Shown here: positions 54,901-64,000 of the stretch, piece by piece
Numbering within the stretch: position 1 is the first letter of the stretch
Layout of the letters: each line of letters begins with the position of its first letter
From: the human T2T-CHM13v2.0 reference genome, Homo sapiens
Assembly (NCBI RefSeq): GCF_009914755.1
Contig: NC_060947.1
DNA length: 64,000 bases
Direction: 5' to 3' (one strand)
Position numbers and translations under genes: made by a program
Notes under the pieces: generated by a model
Seen by the model: only the letters and a program-made list of their open reading frames with translations
What the model was told of the DNA's origin: nothing
The model's database searches: none

Positions 54901-57900
54901 GAGAATGCTTCTGTTTAGTTTTTATGTGAAGATGATCCCGTTTCCAGTGAAATCTTCAAAGAGGTCCACATATCCCCTTGCAGATTCCAAAGAAAGAGGG
55001 TTTCAAAACTGCTCCATCAGAAGGATTGTTCAACTCTGTGAGTTGAATGCAGTCATCGCAGAAAACTTTCTGAGAATGCTTCTGTCTAGGTTTGATGTGA
55101 AGATATAGACGTTTCAAACGAAGGCTACAAAGTGGTCAAAATATACACTTGCAGATTCTACTACAAGGGTGTTGCAAACCTGAACTATCAAAGGAAGGTT
55201 CAACTCTGTGAGTTGAATACAAACATCACAAAGAATGTTCTGAGTTTGCTTCCGTTCAGTTATGGGAAGTTGATCCCGTTTCCAACGAAATCCTCAGAGA
55301 GGTCCAAATATCCCCTTGCAGATTCTACAAAACGTGTGTTTGGAAACTGCTCCATCATAAAGAATGTTCAGCTCCCTGAGTTAAACTCCATCGTCACAAA
55401 GAATTTTCTGAGAGTGCTACCGTCTGGTTTTTATATGAAGCTCTTTCCTTCACTACCACAGGCCTCAAAGCGGTCCAAATCTCCACTTGCAGATTCTACA
55501 AAAAGAGTGTTTGCAAACTGCTCTATCAAAAGGAATGTTCAACTCTGGGAGTTGAATGCAATCATCACAGAGCAGTTTCTGAGAATGCTTCTATGTCGTT
55601 TTTAGGAGAAGATATTTCCTTTTCCAACACAGTACCCCAAGCCCGCTAAATAGCCACTTGCACATTGTAGAAAAAGTGTGTCAAAGCTGCGCTATCAAAG
55701 GGAAAGTTCAACTCTGTGAGGTGAATGCAAACATCCCAAAGAAGTTTCTGAGAATGCTTCCGTTTACCTTTTAGGTGAAGATTATCCCGTTTCCAACGAA
55801 ACCTTCAAAGAGGTCCAAATATCCCCTTGCGGATCCCACAGAAAGAGTGTTTCGAAACTGCTGTTTCAAAAGGAATCTTCAACTCTGTGAGTTGAATGCA
55901 ATCATCACAAAGAAGTTTCTGACAATGCTTCTCTCTCGTCTTTCTGTGAAGATAAAGGAAAAGGCTTTCAGGCCTTTTCCACCACAGGCCTGAAAGCGCT
56001 CCAAATGTCCACTTGCAGATTCTGCGAAAAGAATATTTCAAAACTGCTCTATGAAAAGCAATGTTAAACTCTGTGGCTCGAACACAAACATCACAAAGCG
56101 GTTTCTGAGAATGCTTCAGTTTAGTTTTTCTGTGGAAATATTCCCGTTTCCAAAGAAATCTTCAAAGAGGTCCACGTATCCACTTACAGATTCTACAAAA
56201 AGACAGTTTCAAAACTGCTCCATCAAAAGGAGGGTTCAACTGTGTGACTTGAATGCAATCATCACTCAGAAGTTTCTGAGAATGCTTCTCTTTAGTTTTT
56301 ACGTGAACATATACCCGTTTCGAACGAAGGCCACCCAGTGGTCCAAATATCCACTTGCAGATTCTACAGAAAGAGTGTTTCGAACCTGAACTCTCAAAGG
56401 CAGGTTCATCTCTGCGAGTTAAATGCATTCATCATGAAGAACTTTCTCAGCGTGTTTGTGTTTAGTTATGGGAAATTATTCCCTTTTCCAACGAAATCCT
56501 CAGAGAGCTCCAAATATCCACCTGCAGATTCTACCAAAAGTGTATTTGGAAACTGCTCCATCAAAAGGCATGTTCAGCTCTGTGAGTGAAACTCCATCAT
56601 CACAAAGAATATTCTGAGAATGCTTCCGTTTGCCTTTTATATGAACTTCCTTCCTGTACCACCGTAGGCCTCAAAGCAGTCCAAATCTCCATTTGCAGAT
56701 TCTACAAAAAGAGTGATTCCAATCTGCTCTATCAATAGGATTGTTCAACTCCATGAGTTGAATGCCATCCTCACAAAGTCGTTGCTGAGAATGCTTCTAT
56801 CTGGTTTTTGTGTGAAGATATTTCCTTTTCCACCACAGGCCTCAAAGCCCTCCAAACGTCCACTTTCAGATTCTCGAAAAAGAGTGTTTCATAGCTGCTC
56901 TTTCAAAAGGAAAGTTCAACTCTGGGAGTTGAATACAAACATCACAAAGTAGTTTCCGAGAATGCTTCTGTTTAGTTTTTATGTGAAGATGATCCCGTTT
57001 CCAGTGAAATCTTCCAAGAGGTCCACATATCCCCTTGCAGATTCCAAAGAAAGAGGGTTTCAAAACTGCTCCATCAGAAGGATTGTTCAACTCTGTGAGT
57101 TGAATGCAGTCATCGCAGAAAACTTTCTGAGAATGCTTCTGTCTAGGTTTGATGTGAAGATATAGACGTTTCAAACGAAGGCTACAAAGTGGTCAAAATA
57201 TACACTTGCAGATTCTACTACAAGGGTGTTGCAAACCTGAACTATCAAAGGAAGGTTCAACTCTGTGAGTTGAATACAAACATCACAAAGAATGTTCTGA
57301 GTTTGCTTCCGTTCAGTTATGGGAAGTTGATCCCGTTTCCAACGAAATCCTCAGAGAGGTCCAAATATCCCCTCGCAGATTCTACAAAACGTGTGTTTGG
57401 AAACTGCTCCATCATAACGAATGTTCAGCTCCCTGAGTTAAACTCCATCGTCACAAAGAATTTTCTGAGAGTGCTACCGTCTGGTTTTTATATGAAGTTC
57501 TTTCCTTCACTATCACAGGCCTCAAAGCGGTCCAAATCTCCACTTGCAGATTCTACAAAAAGAGTGTTTGCAAACTGCTCTATCAAAAGGAATGTTCAAC
57601 TCTGGGAGTTGAATGCAATCATCACAGAGCAGTTTCTGAGAATGCTTCTATGTCGTTTTTAGGAGAAGATATTTCCTTTTCCAACACAGTCCTCCAAGCC
57701 CGCTAAATAGCCACTTGCACATTGTAGAAAAAGTGTGTCAAAGCTGCGCTATCAAAGGGAAAGTTCAACTCTGTGAGGTGAATGCAAACATCCCAAAGAA
57801 GTTTCTGAGAATGCTTCCGTTTACCTTTTAGGTGAAGATTATCCCGTTTCCAACGAAACCTTCAAAGAGGTCCAAATATCCCCTTGCGGATCCCACAGAA

Positions 57901-60900
57901 AGAGTGTTTCGAAACTGCTGTTTCAAAAGGAATCTTCAACTCTGTGAGTTGAATGCAATCATCACAAAGAAGTTTCTGACAATGCTTCTCTCTCGTCTTT
58001 CTGTGAAGATAAAGGAAAAGGCTTTCAGGCCTTTTCCACCACAGGCCTGAAAGCGCTCCAAATGTCCACTTGCAGATTCTGCCAAAAGAATATTGCAAAA
58101 CTGCTCTATGAAAAGCAATGTTAAACTCTGTGGCTCGAACACAAACATCACAAAGCAGTTTCTGAGAATGCTTCAGTTTAGTTTTTCTGTGGAAATATTC
58201 CCGTTTCCAAAGAAATCTTCAAAGAGGTCCACGTATCCACTTACAGATTCTACAAAAAGACAGTTTCAAAACTGCTCCATCAAAAGGAGGGTTCAACTGT
58301 GTGACTTGAATGCAATCATCACTCAGAAGTTTCTGAGAATGCTTCTCTTTAGTTTTTACGTGAACATATACCCGTTTCGAACGAAGGCCACCCAGTGGTC
58401 CAAATATCCACTTGCAGATTCTACAGAAAGAGTGTTTCGAACCTGAACTCTCAAAGGCAGGTTCATCTCTGCGAGTTAAATGCATTCATCATGAAGAACT
58501 TTCTCAGAGTGTTTGTGTTTAGTTATGGGAAATTATTCCCGTTTCCAACGAAATCCTCAGAGAGCTCCAAATATCCACCTGCAGATTCTACCAAAAGTGT
58601 ATTTGGAAACTGCTCCATCAAAAGGCATGTTCAGCTCTGTGAGTGAAACTCCATCATCACAAAGAATATTCTGAGAATGCTTCCGTTTGCCTTTTATATG
58701 AACTTCCTTCCTGTACCACCGTAGGCCTCAAAGCAGTCCAAATCTCCATTTGCAGATTCTACAAAAAGAGTGATTCCAATCTGCTCTATCAATAGGATTG
58801 TTCAACTCCATGAGTTGAATGCCATCCTCACAAAGTCGTTGCTGAGAATGCTTCTATCTGGTTTTTGTGTGAAGATATTTCCTTTTCCACCACAGGCCTC
58901 AAAGCCCTCCAAACGTCCACTTGCAGATTCTCGAAAAGGAGTGTTTCATAGCTGCTCTTTCAAAAGGAAAGTTCAACTCTGGGAGTTGAATACAAACATC
59001 ACAAAGTAGTTTCCGAGAATGCTTCTGTTTAGTTTTTATGTGAAGATGATCCCGTTTCCAGTGAAATCTTCCAAGAGGTCCACATATCCCCTTGCAGATT
59101 CCAAAGAAAGAGGGTTTCAAAACTGCTCCATCAGAAGGATTGTTCAACTCTGTGAGTTGAATGCAGTCATCGCCGAAAACTTTCTGAGAATGCTTCTGTC
59201 TAGGTTTGATGTGAAGATATAGACGTTTCAAACGAAGGCTACAAAGTGGTCAAAATATACACTTGCAGATTCTACTACAAGGGTGTTGCAAACCTGAACT
59301 ATCAAAGGAAGGTTCAACTCTGTGAGTTGAATACAAACATCACAAAGAATGTTCTGAGTTTGCTTCCGTTCAGTTATGGGAAGTTGATCCCGTTTCCAAC
59401 GAAATCCTCAGAGAGGTCCAAATATCCCCTTGCAGATTCTACAAAACGTGTGTTTGGAAACTGCTCCATCATAACGAATGTTCAGCTCCCTGAGTTAAAC
59501 TCCATCGTCACAAAGAATTTTCTGAGAGTGCTACCGTCTGGTTTTTATATGAAGCTCTTTCCTTCACTACCACAGGCCTCAAAGCGGTCCAAATCTCCAC
59601 TTGCAGATTCTACAAAAAGAGTGTTTGCAAACTGCTCTATCAAAAGGAATGTTCAACTCTGGGAGTTGAATGCAATCATCACAGAGCAGTTTCTGAGAAT
59701 GCTTCTATGTCGTTTTTAGGAGAAGATATTTCCTTTTCCAACACAGTCCCCCAAGCCCGCTAAATAGCCACTTGCACATTGTAGAAAAAGTGTGTCAAAG
59801 CTGCGCTATCAAAGGGAAAGTTCAACTCTGTGAGGTGAATGCAAACATCCCAAAGAAGTTTCTGAGAATGCTTCCGTTTAGCTTTTAGGTGAAGATTATC
59901 CCGTTTCCAACGAAAGCTTCAAAGAGGTCCAAATATCCCCTTGCGGATCCCACAGAAAGAGTGTTTCGAAACTGCTGTTTCAAAAGGAATCTTCAACTCT
60001 GTGAGTTGAATGCAATCATCACAAAGAAGTTTCTGACAATGCTTCTCTCTCGTCTTTCTGTGAAGATAAAGGAAAAGGCTTTCAGGCCTTTTCCACCACA
60101 GGCCTGAAAGCGCTCCAAATGTCCACTTGCAGATTCTGCGAAAAGAATATTTCAAAACTGCTGTATGAAAAGCAATGTTAAACTCTGTGGCTCGAACACA
60201 AACATCACAAAGCAGTTTCTGAGAATGCTTCAGTTTAGTTTTTCTGTGGAAATATTCCCGTTTCCAAAGAAATCTTCAAAGAGGTCCACGTATCCACTTA
60301 CAGATTCTACAAAAAGACAGTTTCAAAACTGCTCCATCAAAAGGAGGGTTCAACTGTGTGACTTGAATGCAATCATCACTCAGAAGTTTCTGAGAATGCT
60401 TCTCTTTAGTTTTTACGTGAACATATACCCGTTTCGAACGAAGGCCACCCAGTGGTCCAAATATCCACTTGCAGATTCTACAGAAAGAGTGTTTCGAACA
60501 TGAACTCTCAAAGGCAGGTTCATCTCTGCGAGTTAAATGCATTCATCATGAAGAACTTTCTCAGAGTGTTTGTGTTTAGTTATGGGAAATTATTCCTGTT
60601 TCCAACGAAATCCTCAGAGAGCTCCAAATATCCACCTGCAGATTCTACCAAAAGTGTATTTGGAAACTGCTCCATCAAAAGGCATGTTCAGCTCTGTGAG
60701 TGAAACTCCATCATCACAAAGAATATTCTGAGAATGCTTCCGTTTGCCTTTTATATGAAGTTCCTTCCTGTACTACCGTAGGCCTCAAAGCAGTCCAAAT
60801 CTCCATTTGCAGATTCTACAAAAAGAGTGATTCCAATCTGCTCTATCAATAGGATTGTTCAACTCCATGAGTTGAATGCCATCCTCACAAAGTCGTTTCT

Positions 60901-62204
60901 GAGAATGCTTCTATCTGGTTTTTGTGTGAAGATATTTCCTTTTCCACCACAGGCCTCAAAGCCCTCCAAACGTCCACTTTCAGATTCTCGAAAAAGAGTG
61001 TTTCATAGCTGCTCTTTCAAAAGGAAAGTTCAACTCTGGGAGTTGAATACAAACATCACAAAGTAGTTTCCGAGAATGCTTCTGTTTAGTTTTTATGTGA
61101 AGATGATCCCGTTTCCAGTGAAATCTTCAAAGAGGTCCACATATCCCCTTGCAGATTCCAAAGAAAGAGGGTTTCAAAACTGCTCCATCAGAAGGATTGT
61201 TCAACTCTGTGAGTTGAATGCAGTCATCGCAGAAAACTTTCTGAGAATGCTTCTGTCTATGTTTGATGTGAAGATATAGACGTTTCAAACGAAGGCTACA
61301 AAGTGGTCAAAATATACACTTGCAGATTCTACTACAAGGGTGTTGCAAACCTGAACTATCAAAGGAAGGTTCAACTCTGTGAGTTGAATACAAACATCAC
61401 AAAGAATGTTCTGAGTTTGCTTCCGTTCAGTTATGGGAAGTTGATCCCGTTTCCAACGAAATCCTCAGAGAGGTCCAAATATCCCCTTGCAGATTCTACA
61501 AAACGTGTGTTTGGAAACTGCTCCATCATAACGAATGTTCAGCTCCCTGAGTTAAACTCCATCGTCACAAAGAATTTTCTGAGAGTGCTACCGTCTGGTT
61601 TTTATATGAAGCTCTTTCCTTCACTACCACAGGCCTCAAAGCGGTCCAAATCTCCACTTGCAGATTCTACAAAAAGAGTGTTTGCAAACTGCTCTATCAA
61701 AAGGAATGTTCAACTCTGGGAGTTGAATGCAATCATCACAGAGCAGTTTCTGAGAATGCTTCTATGTCGTTTTTAGGAGAAGATATTTCCTTTTCCAACA
61801 CAGTACCCCAAGCCCGCTAAATAGCCACTTGCACATTGTAGAAAAAGTGTGTCAAAGCTGCGCTATCAAAGGGAAAGTTCAACTCTGTGAGGTGAATGCA
61901 AACATCCCAAAGAAGTTTCTGAGAATGCTTCCGTTTAGCTTTTAGGTGAAGATTATCCCGTTTCCAACGAAACCTTCAAAGAGGTCCAAATATCCCCTTG
62001 CGGATCCCACAGAAAGAGTGTTTCGAAACTGCTGTTTCAAAAGGAATCTTCAACTCTGTGAGTTGAATGCAATCATCACAAAGAAGTTTCTGACAATGCT
62101 TCTCTCTCGTCTTTCTGTGAAGATAAAGGAAAAGGCTTTCAGGCCTTTTCCACCACAGTCCTGAAAGCGCTCCAAATGTCCACTTGCAGATTCTGCGAAA
62201 AGAA
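51920..62204 (-). repeat. Five canonical 12-mers (U25-U29)
   Basis: 2057-bp period throughout. Confidence 0.95.
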
Positions 62205-64000
62205 TATTTCAAAACTGCTCTATGAAAAGCAATGTTAAACTCTGTGGCTCGAACACAAACATCACAAAGCGGTTTCTGAGAATGCTTCAGTTTAGTTTTT
62301 CTGTGGAAATATTCCCGTTTCCAAAGAAATCTTCAAAGAGGTCCACGTATCCACTTACAGATTCTACAAAAAGACAGTTTCAAAACTGCTCCATCAAAAG
62401 GAGGGTTCAACTGTGTGACTTGAATGCAATCATCACTCAGAAGTTTCTGAGAATGCTTCTCTTTAGTTTTTACGTGAACATATACCCGTTTCGAACGAAG
62501 GCCACCCAGTGGTCCAAATATCCACTTGCAGATTCTACAGAAAGAGTGTTTCGAACCTGAACTCTCAAAGGCAGGTTCATCTCTGCGAGTTAAATGCATT
62601 CATCATGAAGAACTTTCTCAGAGTGTTTGTGTTTAGTTATGGGAAATTATTCCCGTTTCCAACGAAATCCTCAGAGAGCTCCAAATATCCACCTGCAGAT
62701 TCTACCAAAAGTGTATTTGGAAACTGCTCCATCAACAGGCATGTTCAGCTCTGTGAGTGAAACTCCATCATCACAAAGAATATTCTGAGAATGCTTCCGT
62801 TTGCCTTTTATATGAAGTTCCTTCCTATACGACCGTAGGCCTCAAAGCAGTCCAAATCTCCATTTGCAGATTCTACAAAAAGAGTGATTCCAATCTGCTC
62901 TATCAATAGGATTGTTCAACTCCATGAGTTGAATGCCATCCTCACAATGTCGTTTCTGAGAATGCTTCTATCTAGTTTTTATGTGAAGATATTTCCTTTT
63001 CCACCACAGGCCTCAAAGCCCTCCAAACGTCCACTTGCAGATTCTCGAAAAAGAGTGTTTCATAGCTGCTCTTTCAAAAGGAAAGTTCAACTCAGGGAGT
63101 TGAATACAAACATCACAAAGTAGTTTCCGAGAATGCTTCTGTTTAGTTTTTATGTGAAGATGATCCCGTTTCCAGTGAAATCTTCAAAGAGGTCCACATA
63201 TCCCCTTGCAGATTCCAAAGAAAGAGGGTTTCAAAACTGCTCCATCAGAAGGATTGTTCAACTCTGTGAGTTGAATGCAGTCATCGCAGAAAACTTTCTG
63301 AGAATGCTTCTGTCTAGGTTTGATGTTAAGATATAGACGTTTCAAACGAAGGCTACAAAGTGGTCAAAATATACACTTGCAGATTCTACTACAAGGGTGT
63401 TACAAACCTGAACTATCAAAGGAAGGTTCAACTCTGTGAGTTGAATACAAACATCACAAAGAATGTTCTGAGTTTGCTTCCGTTCAGTTATGGGAATTTG
63501 ATCCCGTTTCCAACGAAATCCCCAGAGAGGTCTAAATATCCCCTTGCAGATTCTACAAAACGTGTGTTTGGAAACTGCTCCATCATAACGAATGTTCAGC
63601 TCCCTGAGTTAAACTCCATCGTCACAAAGAATTTTCTGAGAGTGCTACCGTCTGGTTTTTATATGAAGTTCTTTCCTTCACTACCACAGGCCTCAAAGCG
63701 GTCCAAATCTCCACTTGCAGATTCTACAAAAAGAGTGATTCCAATCTGCTCTATCAATAGGATTGTTCAACTCCATGGGTTGAATGCCATCCTCACAAAT
63801 TAGTTTCTGAGAATGCTTCTATCTGGTTTTTGTGTGAAGATATTTCCTTTTCCACCACAGGCCTCAAAGCCCTCCAAACGTCCACTTGCAGATTCTCGAA
63901 AAAGAGTGTTTCATAGCTGCTCTTTCAAAAGGAAAGTTCAACTCTGGGAGTTGAATACAAACATCACAAAATAGTTTCTGAGAATGCTTCTGTTTAGTTT
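62205..64000 (-). repeat. 17-mer HOR variant, U30, truncated by the window end
   Basis: The same hybrid junction lies at 63715-63737, with the same private SNVs as U12, U19 and U24. Confidence 0.9.

Larger units (their letters stand above)
1..64000 (-). repeat. DXZ1: Centromeric alpha-satellite HOR array, DXZ1-type (human chrX, 12-mer, 2057 bp)
   Basis: Monomers of about 171 bp carry alphoid motifs (TTCTGAGAATGCTTC, CACTTGCAGATTCTAC, TTCAACTCTGTGAGTTGAATG). The period is exactly 2057 bp (ORF starts 18, 2075, 4132, 6189...). There is a single BamHI GGATCC (1855-1860) and a PstI CTGCAG (489-494) per unit, as in the classical 2.0-kb X repeat. CENP-B boxes read on the minus strand. The chromosome assignment rests on recognition of the unit length and sequence, not on a search. 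Confidence 0.97.

Noticed and set aside
18-63803. Repeated 64-157 aa ORFs on both strands, including the 147-aa 'fusion' ORF at the 17-mer junctions
   Set aside because: They are translations of alphoid monomers that recur with the HOR period. Many start at GTG, they overlap in several frames, SNVs freely create and remove stops, and I recognise no protein domain.
1-64000. CRISPR-like or other repeat-spacer system
   Set aside because: There are no unique spacers and no associated genes. All of the sequence is tandem satellite.
1-64000. L1/Alu insertion, inversion or non-satellite island
   Set aside because: Every inter-unit distance is explained by 2057, 2055 or 2908 bp and the orientation is constant. 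There is no poly-A tail, target-site duplication or foreign sequence.
22626-64000. 17-mer spacing as a strictly periodic or coded pattern
   Set aside because: The spacings of 6, 4 and 5 units are irregular and are explained by nested duplications and one chimeric junction.

Overview
The whole 64 kb is one uninterrupted, single-orientation alpha-satellite array. It is a 2057-bp, 12-monomer higher-order repeat (HOR) with an 851-bp pentameric substructure and one BamHI site per unit, which matches the human X centromere array DXZ1 (suprachromosomal family 3). The window holds about 30 HOR units: 25 canonical 2057-bp units, one 2055-bp unit and four 17-mer variants (2908 bp, the last truncated). 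I see no genes, transposons or inversions, and the ORF track is a by-product of the repeat. I found no new protein-coding system. The notable structure is (i) a recurrent 17-mer built on a hybrid monomer with a 23-bp identity junction, (ii) nested multi-HOR duplications (4.1 kb, 8.2 kb and a block of about 11 kb) readable from shared SNVs, (iii) uneven loss of CENP-B boxes along the window, and (iv) a templated insertion forming two overlapping inverted repeats once per HOR. Unit starts used below: U1 1, U2 2058, U3 4115, U4 6172, U5 8229, U6 10286, U7 12343, U8 14400, U9 16455, U10 18512, U11 20569, U12 22626, U13 25534, U14 27591, U15 29648, U16 31705, U17 33762, U18 35819, U19 37876, U20 40784, U21 42841, U22 44898, U23 46955, U24 49012, U25 51920, U26 53977, U27 56034, U28 58091, U29 60148, U30 62205. 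SNV comparisons were made by eye and need confirmation by alignment.
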